64,000 bases of DNA from Mizuhopecten yessoensis (Eukaryota): positions 67,990 to 131,989 of the forward strand of contig NW_018403913.1 of NCBI RefSeq assembly GCF_002113885.1, written 5' to 3'. The notes beneath the pieces are model-generated. The model saw nothing but the letters and a program-made list of their open reading frames with translations, did not search any database and had not been told where the DNA came from. The position numbers and the translations under genes were made by a program. This document shows positions 40,542 to 52,200 of this stretch, piece after piece (positions within the stretch are counted from its first letter, which is position 1; every line of letters begins with the position of its first letter).

Positions 40542-43500
40542 CATGCCCCCGTACCCCTCTAGAATGGCTTCTTCATGCACATACAAAACAGTCCAGCTAC
40601 GCGCCTGACTGGTCAGTGATATTGCGATTTTGCTTTATGTTAATATGTTCTATTCCCTGTTCAACATATTTAGGAAAATAATACACTAAAGCTGAATTAC
40701 TTTTGATAATTTATGTTGTTCTAAAGTCTTTACAGTATCTGATAACAGGAAGTAGTTGCGTGTTGCGTGTTGAATGCGTTAAAAAATATCTTTTAATTTA
40801 ACAAGCAAGCAAGCAAGCAAGCAGGTTGTACAGATTATCTCCTTCCTAGTAACGCTACGGCCGAATAACATTTGTTATCTAACAGGAAGTTGCTGCGAGA
40901 TGATACGTCAATAAGTTTTAATCAAACTCAATTTATATGTAATAAAGAGATGAATTTTTATCTAAAGACATGTTCTTTGTAACATTGGGATTATCCCCCG
41001 CTGAAATTTCGTCAATTCATGTTTACTTTATAGGGATACAAACAGTTGTTGACCAGAAACGTTAAGACTTATAGATAATTTTGTCATATGTTCCACGTAC
41101 AATACAACTTACCCTTAAGTTGATTGATAAATTATTATTTCTTTACAGAAAATATTTTAACCCAAAAATAAATTGAAGTTCAGCAAGAAAGTCGTCTTTT
41201 TAAGATAATGTCGGTTGACTTATCAGTTATAACATATATACAAAACAATACAGAGACAACATACAATATCTCCTTTTGTTTGTTTGTATTAAAAAATTGC
41301 CAAGATTTCAAATGTCGGATACATTCTCACAAGTAAGTAGTTGAATTCATTTGTACATGCTTGTATGTCTTATATAATCTTTCTTAATTAGTTTCAACCT
41401 TATATCAATATAGCAAGGACATTTTAAAATGAAATGGAACTCATCCTCGACATCATTCAGGTCACATACTGTACAAAATCTGTTTTGTATTTCAGTTCGA
41501 TTATATCTGCCACACTCAATATTTAACTTATGTGCAGACATTCGAATTTTACATATTTGTTTTAAATAATTTATATTTACAGGTTTTGATAAATAATACT
41601 GGTGACCAAAATTACACACATATTGATACAATGCTCCTTTAGGAGAAGATTGAATTTTTTCAAAACATTCTTGTCTGAATATGTCACAAAGACGTTCTTT
41701 TATAATGTGAAAAGTGTTATTATTTAAACTGGAGGATTCCCACACATTTCCAAGACCAATTCTGTATAATTCTTCTTTTACACTCATTAACAAAATGTCA
41801 TTATTACCAAGCATATCATCATAGCATGACCTTAGAATATAATTTCCTACATTTCTCAGTTTTATCCAATATTTGAATATACGTAATTTTCTAACTATTT
41901 TCATGGGATATCTTCCAAGTTCATAATACACCATACTATTTTTATGTAGTAGTAATATTTGTTTGCAGAATCTCACATGCAATTTTCGATATCTGGTGCA
42001 GCATGGAAGCCCCATACTTCTGCTCCATAACTTAAAACACTATTTACATAAGTATCAAAACAGACAATTGAGTTTTTATATTAAAATTGTTTTCTTACAA
42101 ACATTTGATAATGCAAACAAAGATGTTCTCCCCTGGTCAGCGGCTTGCTTTTGAGTTTGTCTAAATTTTCCGTTAAAATCAATAGATAGTTCGACAGCAC
42201 ACAGCAATTTATAAAAACCTTGTTCTTAAAAATTAAAATAACTATTACAGAATTGTGTAAAATGTTATTCAAAAGCGTAAATATACATTGAGTAGCATAT
42301 CGGTGATATTTTGTTGAAATATGACATAATATTTAACATGTAGATTTATTAATATTGATGAGTTTATACAAGGTTTTGAAAGTTGATTCCACACACTTAA
42401 TTGAACGGTTTTCTAAAAATCAACAAAGCAACAGTTTAATCGTCTAACTTTAGTGAATAATCTAATTGTGAATCGAACGGAGAAAAAGTAGCGTCCACTC
42501 TGCTTGAATCCGGTCTGAATTATGTATCTGGCCATACTAAAATGTGCTGTGCAGCACAGAGATAAACATTTTGCTAAACTAATTTACAAAAAAAATAAAA
42601 ATGTATCCCTCTAAAATTTAAAGGTTAGTTTAATTCATCCGTTTTATGCACAGGCCTAATTACAACAAAAAGGCCAAACGGTAATATATTATTCATATCA
42701 ATCATATAAATCTTGAAGTTTCAGGATACAGATTCACTTAACTAGTTTGCTCATTTCCAAATTTTTTACTGTCCCAATTCCAATCTTTTTAAATATCTTA
42801 CAATTTTGAAGACAAAATATTTTTTTATTGATTTGATATTCTGCTTCAGATGAAAAATGTTTTCATTCCTCAAAATATACTTTAATATGATACAATAAAT
42901 ACTATTAACAAAAAAATAATTTTAGTTTGTACGCATCAATAAAATATTAAAAAACAAGATACGCATTTTACTTCTTTTGCTTATCATTAAAAGATCAAAA
43001 CATACCATTCATCCAGATGGGCAATTTGGTACTACATTCGTCGACGTTAACAGGAAATGTTGGCATACTCAGTGGGCCATTGGATCCCACTGCTATGTAC
43101 CACATACTATCTTTGATGTACCGGTCATTTACTGCTTTCCCAAGTCTGTAGTTGCATTTTGTTCCTCTGTATTTCCCTTTGTGGATTCTTTCGTGACTAA
43201 CGCACGGATCTGAAACTAAAAGGAAACTAGGAATCATATATTGAAATTGTTTGATACGCCGAAAGCAAGAAGATTATACCCTTTAATTGTATTTTATCAC
43301 ATGTGGTCGACATGAAAATATGATATTTACAGTCGGGATGAATATAGATGATATAGAAACAATACACCCTAATGGCGAATCACAGATAAGATGATAATAT
43401 CACAGATGTAGTACATCAACAATATTACACGTAGTATCAGAAAAGATATTGAAGTTTAAAGTCGTTTTATCGAACAAACTGTTTGTAAAATGTTTAGAAC

Positions 43501-43616
43501 AATTCCATCTGGTATTAAACAATAAATAGTCTTTACTTACCCGCAGAAGATTCGGACGGCAATACATACATCAGAATCACTAAAAAAGACAGTATACAGG
43601 ACATGCTTGTCGCCAT
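31972..43616 (-). CDS. Gene 1: uromodulin/GP2/OIT3-like (D8C-domain) GPI-anchored glycoprotein; 11 coding exons, ~460 aa (323 aa without the duplicated module)
   Basis: Exons 43541-43616, 43006-43209, 38149-38310, 37609-37635, 36527-36730, 35965-36144, 35429-35455, 34360-34563, 33566-33745, 32957-33024, 31972-32022 join in one frame (1383 nt). D8C hallmarks DPC..WY..MP..C.T..PIW..G.HP..V.R.AC..I.V.NC..Y.L..YCF; signal peptide; hydrophobic C-terminal tail. Confidence 0.85.
32957..33024 (-). CDS. Gene 1 penultimate exon, stalk with likely GPI omega region
   Basis: TTACAG acceptor; DIDCIANNGTFGHNSGCHLQTNT; GTAAGT donor; phase 1 to 0. Confidence 0.75.
33566..33745 (-). CDS. Gene 1 duplicated D8C C-half exon (copy B)
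   Basis: Near-identical to 35965-36144 (HPTPSDG vs HPSRSDG); splice sites intact. Confidence 0.85.
33962..34096. other. Assembly gap
   Basis: N run. Confidence 1.
34360..34563 (-). CDS. Gene 1 duplicated D8C N-half exon (copy B), donor mutated to GG
   Basis: Near-identical to 36527-36730; exon end reads GAAG|GGATTT instead of GAAG|GTATTT. Confidence 0.7.
35429..35455 (-). CDS. Gene 1 duplicated 27-nt microexon (copy B)
   Basis: Identical to 37609-37635 including splice sites. Confidence 0.65.
35965..36144 (-). CDS. Gene 1 exon 6, D8C domain 2 C-half (copy A)
   Basis: ERHPSRSDGIVTRNACVRNETDCC..IRVVNCQSYYAYEL..CPERYCFGNVEN; TAG acceptor, GTACGT donor; 180 nt. Confidence 0.9.
36527..36730 (-). 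CDS. Gene 1 exon 5, D8C domain 2 N-half (copy A)
   Basis: DPCVDID..LCDNNINGWYR..MSDKCPRPGYCGATSPIWLE; AAG acceptor, GTATTT donor; 204 nt like exon 2. Confidence 0.9.
37609..37635 (-). CDS. Gene 1 exon 4, 27-nt Cys-containing linker microexon
   Basis: TGTAG|GTGAAAATGTGCCATGTCCACCAACAG|GTATGT = GENVPCPPT, phase 1-1. Confidence 0.75.
38149..38310 (-). CDS. Gene 1 exon 3, D8C domain 1 C-half
   Basis: TTTTCAG acceptor; GTHPDTGVTVNRTACM..IQVKNCSAFNVYKL..AYCF; GTAAG donor; 162 nt. Confidence 0.92.
39017..41210 (+). repeat. Copy 1 of a ~0.8-0.9 kb dispersed direct repeat, interrupted by a hAT-like element
   Basis: Colinear with 44408-45312 (TTATCAAAAGTGTCGC ... GTCGTCTTTT). Confidence 0.9.
39218..40607. 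mobile_element. Non-autonomous hAT-like DNA transposon with 5-bp TSD (hAT5-like)
   Basis: Perfect 14-bp TIR CAGGCGCGTAGCTG; ACTGG on both flanks (39213-39217, 40608-40612); empty site at 44601-44605. Confidence 0.9.
41215..42540 (-). mobile_element. Decayed, internally deleted RTE-X-like LINE
   Basis: ORF 41347-42015: VYYELGRYP, IRMSAHKLNIECGRY, CTVCDLNDVEDEFHFILKC; broken RT remnants to ~42540. Confidence 0.85.
43006..43209 (-). CDS. Gene 1 exon 2, D8C domain 1 N-half
   Basis: TTTCAG acceptor; DPCVSH..VNDRYIKDSMWY..MPT..CSTKLPIWMN; GTATGT donor; 204 nt. Confidence 0.92.
43541..43616 (-). CDS. Gene 1 exon 1, signal peptide
   Basis: MATSMSCILSFLVILMYVLPSESSA then G|GTAAGT (phase 1). Confidence 0.85.
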
Positions 43617-44407
43617 TCGACCTGACTGTACACTGTAGGTCACTGTGCATTCCTATCAACCCAACGAAAGTCTCGTAGTCCTCACACTGTCTCATTGGCT
43701 AGCATTTTATTTGTTTAAGTAAAAATATAGCGTTATAACAGTATCGATTCCTATCGCAGCAACTAGATGTGTGCTTTGGCCAATAAATCAACCTAATCCC
43801 GTGAAAGCAAGACAAAAAAATATTATGCTTATAAGATTTAATCATCAAAATAATTAAGATAACATCAAGTATATGCCCGCGTCAATATAAATGACACGCC
43901 ATGACATATGTATTATTTCCGAATAGCATACATTCACTTTTACAGTGACATTGTTTTTGTATGTATAATAAAGCTTTGATTAATGTATAAAATACAGCAG
44001 ACAATAAAATATGCAATCCTTGCGAAGGAAAATATATAATGCAATAACAAATATACAAGACTGACTGCTAGGTTTTTCTGTCTTCTTGGGTTTCTCCATC
44101 CTGACAGATGTTAATTAGTTACCAGTAGTTGCATCACGTCATCAATAGTAATGCATTAAACAAGCATAGTGACGTCAACAATAAACAATAGCAGAGACGT
44201 CATGAACAATATTAGGACCGCGTAAATCACGTGCATTCAACAGACTATGAAAATTATTATGCATTAAAGCTGGATTTGACGGCTTTATAAATATTTGTTC
44301 TGTAAGTTCTCGAATCATCACAATTCAGCTAAACATTTATTAAATAAAAACATCATCCTGAAAACATTAAAGCATATAATTGACAACTCTTAAACACCTT
44401 TATTCAT

Positions 44408-45312
44408 TATCAAAAGTGTCGCCCTTTTTATTGATTGTATTATTCTATTGTACATGTAACCACGAATGCACGAATAAAACGGATATATATCTCAATAGCA
44501 GTAACAGATTTCTTTTTAAAATAAGATTCAAGATAAAAATGTCAAGTGTTTTAACTGATGTTAGAGAATAATAAGTATCAAAATTAAGCAATTTCATCAG
44601 ATTGGTTATTTATATTGCGATTTTGCTCTATGTTAATATGTTTTACAACCTGTTCAACATATTTCGGGGAAAAAATACACTTAAGGTATTACTTTTGATA
44701 ATTGATAATGTTCTAAAGTATTTAAAGTATCTGATAACATTAGAATGAGAAATTGAAACTGTAATATGATGACATCTAAGTATATCATAGTTATACTAAA
44801 TACTTTCTTGGCTGTGCATTCAACATTGTGTTATTGTTGTAATCAGCAACGCGTAAAATATCGTTTAATTTAACAAGCGCTAACAGGCAGGTTTTACAGA
44901 TTATCCCCTTCCTAGTAACGCTACGGCCGAATAACATTTGTTATCTAGCAGGAAGTTGTTGCGTAATGAATGCGTCATCAACTTTTGTATCGACCTCAAT
45001 TGATATGTAAATAAAAAGATGAATTTTAAACCTATCTGATTGATTTCTTATAATCTGTCAGTCGTTTTAGAGTAACAGACTTATCTAAAGACATGTTCTT
45101 TGTATCATTGGGATTATCCCCCGCTGAAATTTCGTCAATTCATGGTTACTTAACAGGTATACAAACAGTTGTTGACCAGACAGGTTAAGACTGCTAGAAT
45201 TTTTGTCATATGTTCCTCGTACAAAGCAACCTACCCTTAAATTGCTTAACAGAAATTATAATAACTCAAAATATATTGAAGTTCAGCAATAATGTCGTCT
45301 TTTATATATAAT
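44408..45312 (+). repeat. Copy 2 of the dispersed direct repeat, upstream of gene 1
   Basis: Shares near-identical blocks with copy 1, e.g. CCTTCCTAGTAACGCTACGGCCGAATAACATTTGTTATCTA and CATTGGGATTATCCCCCGCTGAAATTTCGTCAATTCATG. Confidence 0.9.
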
Positions 45313-45787
45313 GAGAGAACAGATATTTCGGTAAATTAGCCAAAGCTTCAAAGATTTTCCTATACATAAGCCAGCATCCTTCATGTTGCAAAGATAAGCA
45401 ATCACTTCAAGAAAGATGATTCGAACTCCATAATTTTCCTTTAGCCAAATCACGCTATTCAAAAGAATAAGTTAATAACAATTGTTTCAAAATAAAAAAT
45501 ACAAGGTTTGACAATATTGTAAGACCAACATACTATCCATATAAATTTTTATGAAGTTTCCAAGCTACTTTCCAAATAGAACCAGAAACCGTTTGAATTT
45601 AGGTGTAGCCTTTAGCAATGTTCGTAATACAAGGACAGGAAGCTAATGCAGTTGAAGGTTGAACATGATGAGCGCATGATAGTTCCTCTAGAGTTCTCGT
45701 AAGGTTTTTTTAAGTTAAACATGAAACCGGTTGGACTTTTGTCACTTCGATGAATAAACAACAGAGTTTCGAGTGTTAAAAAAATAG

Positions 45788-45858
45788 CATGGCTAGTCCG
45801 GGATTCGAAACCTTGACTTTTGTTATACTATCGCTCTAACCGATTGAGCTTGGTCAAC
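45788..45858 (-). mobile_element. tRNA-derived sequence (SINE head or tRNA pseudogene)
   Basis: Minus strand AGCTCAATCGGTTAGAGCG (A box/D arm) ... GGTTTCGAATCCC (B box) ..GCCA; anticodon arm broken. Confidence 0.6.
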
Positions 45859-45975
45859 GGGAGTGTCCAGGACCAACTGTGCTACAATAATATACAAACG
45901 GAGGTAACTATTTACACGAAAACAATCGAAATTAAAACAATAGTGTGTTGGTAGGAAAGCCTATTGATTTTATTT

Positions 45976-47577
45976 TCGAAGGAGGTTGTGGGTTTTTTGC
46001 GATATAACGCGACATTTTTGCGAAATAACGCGAAACATTCGCGCTATATTGCGAAACCTACTTAATAAGATAAGATAACTTTGTTTAAAGAGGATAACAA
46101 TTAAGGATTATACTTTTCTTCCGAAAGGTCATCTATTATATACATTTGACTCATAGGTAAATAGCATACCTACTACATGTAACCATAGCATCCTATCTCA
46201 CATATTAATGTCTCTTTGGAAACTCAGGATACAAACACAATGTAAAATCAATTTGATATTTAAATTCAGATGCAAGTTTCAAATTCCAACATCATTGATA
46301 TTATGTTCAACAGTAATATTTTTTAACACACAGATCAGATACAAAGCATATTGCACACACGCACACACTCACACACTTACACNCCCCCCCCCCCCCCCCC
46401 CCCCCCTATTTGATATAAAGTCTTTCATTTGTTCATATGTATATGTTAATGAGATTTCTGGAAATAAATTATACAAGTTATTGGCATGATTTGAGTTTAT
46501 TGATTTGTCATCCGCTGTCATATCATTCGGATAGTCAAGGATAATGCGTCATATTTTTTTGAAGTTTAAGTATAGAGTAAAGATGATGAGATAATGTTAC
46601 CCCAGATTGTGCAGCAATAATCGAAATGAGGTTGTACTGGTTTCTTCCTTATAGAAAATAATCCGAATATGTAATTAAAGCTAATTTTAAATCTGCGTAA
46701 AAGACTCAATAGTAAAATTATACACTGAATTTGGGTTGACTATAAATAATCCTGTCCGCTTAACATATCCAACATCTTATCACTTTTTACATATTCTATA
46801 CAACTTTCATTGGCTCTAACCTTAATACCGTGTGAGCTAACAAGTGTTGTCTTCGAATAAATAGCATATGTTTTGTTTTACTTACATGTATATCTGTTCT
46901 TATCTTGTTTGCAAAAGCATTGCTGTCTGTATAACTGACTTTGTATGACAGGATATTGTTGCATTATCAGCAAAAAGGTCTGTTCGCAGTCGTCTACAGT
47001 AAGATGTAAATCACTAATATATATGAAATATAAAAGCGGGCCAGAATTGTTCCTTGAGGAACTCTTTACAAGTCGAGTAGATGAGGTTTATTCCTCTATT
47101 CAGCCTGTCCGAAATCTAGTATAAAGATAAGAAGAAGGAAAGTACAGTAATGCTTTGAATCCAAAGTGTTATTTTCTGAATTTCTGTATTGGGATGTTAA
47201 AATCTACCATGTCGAAAGCTTTCCAATAATCGATATATAAAATTGCTTTGAAATTTCCTGTGTCAATAGCAGAATGCAAGTTATCAATTAACGCCGGTTG
47301 CAGTGTTTGACAAGAATACTTTTGTCTAAATCAAGATCGAAAATCGAATATCAACATGTGTTTCAATAGATAGTTTCATAGGTGTCCGATATATGCTGTT
47401 TAGACGGATGTATCATTTGCAGGACTGGAACATTCCGCCTATGAGTTAACATTCATCAGTACTTGTACAAAACATCATTTGTAAAAATGTCATTAAAAGC
47501 GTTGCAATCGCTTTCATAAGAAGTTTCGGATGATATCGCGAAAATTTCGCGTTTTTACGCGAAAAAAACCCTCCCGA
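45976..47577. mobile_element. Inverted-repeat (MITE/foldback-like) element with CGCG-rich subterminal repeats, split by a LINE
   Basis: 45976-46058 (GGAGG..GTTTTTTGCG..AACGCGAAA..TTCGCG.TAT..GAAAC) is an imperfect reverse complement of 47521-47577. Confidence 0.55.
46065..47420 (-). mobile_element. Highly decayed CR1/L2-like LINE fragment with 3' UTR
   Basis: Minus-strand RT remnants ..YIDYWKAFDMVD.. (~47200-47240) and VPQGTIL (~47043-47063); (ATCTT)n tail at 46065-46079. Confidence 0.7.
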
Positions 47578-49153
47578 GTTTACACGGTCATTACATCCAT
47601 ATGGCGCAGCAGTGCTAAGAAACCTTATCAAGATGAAGTTTCTTAAAACACAAAGAGTCATAGACAGAATTAAATTCTCAGTGAGGTTGAAATGTTGACA
47701 TAAACATTGACTTCTGCACAGTCCACTACCAAACGATGACCATTCGTTCGTTGTCGTAATTGTCCTTTTGTTTTGCCAATCTATATTCATTAACCAGCAG
47801 AAAGCAAACTCATTACCACAGTGATTGGTTGTTTTGCAATTCTGGGGTCCAACATTTCTTAAACAATAATCCCTTTTTGTAATACCATTAATAATGTCAG
47901 AAATTGCATCCCCTTAATCGTGAATTCAAGTTCTGGGGGAAATCCTACAGGCATAGTTCGTGAAATAAAGCACACGTGAAAGTTCATTACTAGTTCTTAG
48001 CAAAAAGTGTTTTTAAATAGTAGAAATTAAAAAAAAAGGGAAATGAAATGGTTTTGATGTGCACTTACACTGAATAGTAAATTGTAGAGCTCTGCTTCCG
48101 AATATACTTATTAATGGAATGTCAATTCCAAATATGATTAATACTAAGTTTAATAGATAAAGTAATGTTGGCTTAGCGTTGATTGATAAAACTCATGTAC
48201 AATAAATCTTGTTATATTACTCCCTTTTAATTTGTCAATAAAAAATGAAACAAGCTTCAAATTCATAATTTTGATGGTGGTTAACAGCTGATGATTACTA
48301 TATATTTTTATTACAATTATTACAAGAATCGATGATGAATAAGGCGTTCGCAGTAGGAAATGTTTAAGAGTGAGAGAGGGAGCTTATTTGTAGAATATGT
48401 ACATATTTATAGCGAAATCGCTTATCATTCTTACACATGAAAAAACGAATATCGCACCTAAATGTGTCAAATAAGTGAAGATACAATGATCTATTGCGAC
48501 AGGAGTGATCATGAAGTTTGATATTGTGTTTGTCATGTGGACATTGTTGCTAGGAACGCATGCTTTAGGACTATACCCCCCGGGTTTGTAGACTGTAACT
48601 GATAACGTTTTCCTAGTGTTATAGAAAAACCTGTTGCTATACATTCAAGCACTTTTAATCAAACGCGTTATTTTATTTATATGGTAAATAAACTATCAGA
48701 GATAGTGATAGGGAAAAATATGAATAGAGATAGAATACTACAGGATACAAAAATATTGATATAATTACATAATGACTTAAATATCAGAGAAACATTTTCA
48801 TTTTTGATTGTGATACATTTATATCGAAACAAATCCTAGAAACCAAAATGATAACATAATTTATTTGGACCTTTTTATTTCTCAAAAATTAGATAATTTG
48901 TGAAGTTATGCAATAGTTTTTCATTGGTTTGCTTTTATTTGTTAATAAGTAAATAGTTGAAAATTGGTAACGGTAATTTTGAATAAAGGTAAAATAAAAG
49001 ATTTTACATTTCAAAAATATTTGAAACACCCTGCCTAAAGTATGATTGTATGAAAACGAATTATGCACAGCCATGTTGAATTTGATTACTCGCTGTTATC
49101 AGGCGAGGAAAGGAGAGTATTGATTTGTATATGTCGTAGTGTGTACGTTATTC

Positions 49154-49190
49154 ATTGGCCGTGGAGTTGTGTAGCCCAGCATATATAAAG
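49154..49190 (+). promoter_or_regulatory. Gene 2 core promoter (reverse CCAAT box and TATA box)
   Basis: ATTGG at 49154-49158, TATATAAA at 49182-49189, ~50 nt upstream of ATG 49238. Confidence 0.55.
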
Positions 49191-49237
49191 CATACACTTA
49201 ACGATACTTGCACCAGTATATGCTGACAGTATGCAAG

Positions 49238-49268
49238 ATGATGTTTTTACTATTTCTTCTCGCAGTTG
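49238..49268 (+). CDS. Gene 2 exon 1, start of signal peptide
   Basis: MMFLLFLLAV then G|GTAAGT. Confidence 0.85.
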
Positions 49269-52200
49269 GTAAGTCTCCGTTGGTACTTATCCTTCCGTAT
49301 ATCTGCTTATATATTATGTTAACATTTCAAAATTTAATGATAATTTGTTTTGAATATGGATTTGTTAATAAATGGTAATTTAACATTGTAGGATTTCAAC
49401 ATGGAGAGGCAGATCCATGCGTGAACTACACAGAGTTACCGTTTGCAGACTTCAGATTTGTGCACAATATGTACAATACAGCAGATGAACCGGTGAATGA
49501 CCGCTACTTGAAATTTGCCTGGTATCGGGCTGGGGAGGAGGACATGCCAACAACCGTGCCAAAATTCACATCCTGTGGAACTAAATCTCCAATATGGCTC
49601 AATGGTAAAAGAACTTTCTTCTCGTTTATGTTGTTTTTAATACTTTATTACCCCATATGATATCAGGAGGTGTAATGATAATAGCTCAAAGATCACTTCC
49701 ATATATACAATGTATATAAAAAAAATCTTTTATTATTGTTTTGGAGGTATAAAGCTCTTCTAATGATTTTAAATCAGTCATGACTTCCTGATTGATTTAA
49801 ACTCTTCGTTAAACCTTGATTTTGAAAAATAGATTTATACGACTTAATAGACTGATCAGACACAATCAAAGCAAACATGAAGCCCAGTCGAAAGAAACTA
49901 TCACGAAGTGATATATTTAACGCCACATAGAAAACAATCTGAGTAGTATGGTTTAAAATACTTGTATTGAATATAATGAACCCTGTCCATCAATTCAAGT
50001 TTGTGGTCTTCCAAGTCTACCAAAAATTTAAACTTAAATCATGTTTCATAATTTAACACTAGTAATAAAAACGAAATTCGTGACAATGTCCTGGCATTAG
50101 CGTGTTACATGTCACAAGAAGTTTCAGCTATATTAACCGACAAATTTGAGTACCAATTACCTCCTTACTCCTTCTGATTATCGGTCTTCTACCGTGTTAA
50201 TATAACTGAAAATTAAGTTTTAAAAATCATAAAGACAAGATTTTAGAGAGGCGATTTGCTACTCCAGAGCGTGTTTTAATACGTAATTTTCTGAAGTAAT
50301 ATTCTGGGGATAACCCTACTACGTTTTGATATTTGCAACGATATATCGTGAATTAATGATTATTCCTTGGCAGCTTAAGCTTGTGTCATATTTGATGGGA
50401 GAATAACTAATTGTCATTTAAAGGAAACAAAAAAAAGCACAGACCAAGACAAATTGGTCTTCTACTATCATTATTCTTGTTCATAAGAAAGGTATACGTA
50501 ATGACCCTAATAACTTTCGATGCAGCAGTTTAATAAGCTTAGTAAACTTTTTACTTCTTTACTTAACAAACATATTTTAGATGTTTGTTCAAAATATGAT
50601 ATTTTAACAGATGCTCAATTCGGATTTCGTCCCGAAATGAGTGCGATAGATGCTATATTTGCATTAAATTCTATTATAACAAAAACGTTGTCATCTAGGA
50701 AAAGATTGTATCGCTGCTTTGTAGATTATCGCAAAATGGAAGTAAACAGTAAATTCAGAAAAAACAAAGATAGCTGTTTTCAGAAATAGAGGTCGTATTA
50801 AGGACTGAGAAACCTGGACATATAAAAATAAAATTGAAATTGTAGACGCATTCAGCTATTTAGGCCTGAAACCTAGATTTAACAATAAAGTTAATCTTAT
50901 TCAGAAGCAGCTTGCTCACCAAGGTCGTAAGACTATGTTTGCTCTTTTTCCGAACTTTTTAACTTCAGCCTTAATTTTGAAACTTAAGTTACTGCATCTA
51001 TTTGATACTTACGTTTGTAGTCTGTTGAATTATAGCTGTGAAGTTTGGGGTTCTTTAATAGGTTTGGATATCGAAACGGTGCACTTATATTTTTGTAAGA
51101 GTATCTAAAAGATGAAGAAGACTACTTGTAATGCAATGGTGTATTTTATAATGTTTCAGGAAGTAAAAAATGGTAAAATAATTGTTCAAATTAATAGACA
51201 CGAAAAACTATACTCTTAGCACCGATAATTCCTTAAGCAAAAGTAAAACAGGCAATTGTTTTAATTAAGTAAATAACGTAATTCACTATCTATTTTCTCT
51301 TGACTTTGGAGATGTATGGACAACACACTATACTTACAACCATAAAAGTATATTGTGCCTAATAAAGCAAATGTTTTTTTTTTTTATCAAAATCAACATT
51401 ATTTAATTTGTTCACTTGAGTCTTCAATAAAATATAACTTATATAAGCATTTGGCAAATCGTTTTTCCCTGTAGTATTATTTGACACAATATATGCAAAA
51501 AAAACATCGAATAACTTACATGTACATATTGAGACTGAGCGATATAATGATATAGCAAGAGAACAAAAAATCTGTACTAGATGTAATTCAGATATAGAAT
51601 ATGAATATCATTTTAATATAATATGTAATAGGTATCATGACTTACGATTGAAATACATAAAACGGTTTTATTGGCGTAAACCATCTGCCACGAGGTGTAG
51701 TATATTAGCCCAAAATTAATAAAAACTAGCATAATCAAATTATAACCAACATATATACAGTTATTTACAACCAAATAAATTCATACAATATACACAACAT
51801 AAATACCACAAAGTCCACAATCACACAATGCAATCTTTCACTCACTCCTAACAATACATAGACCCCCGGTTTACATTTTACAAATAGTTCACCCTACATC
51901 AATAAATATAACTTATAGAGTCCATCAAGTGATGTTACAGTCTCTGCACATGTATTCCACAGTATCAGAGGACACCGTAGTTATATGGTTCACGCGTATC
52001 CAGGAATGGCGCGTATATGTCACTCAAGACGGAGCTCACGACTTCTCTCCATATTGGTGAAATCATTCCAGGTTGAATCTCAGTTACAATTCAAGGTCGA
52101 CTCAAGGTCACACCAGGGTTACATCCCGTTACAGCCAAACCGGCTCCTACAGAAGGTCTATCTATGGTCGGGGTCACATAAAGAGGTTACCTACAAGGCA

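Noticed and set aside
45788-45858. Functional tRNA gene
   Set aside because: Acceptor and anticodon stems do not close; kept only as a tRNA-derived relic
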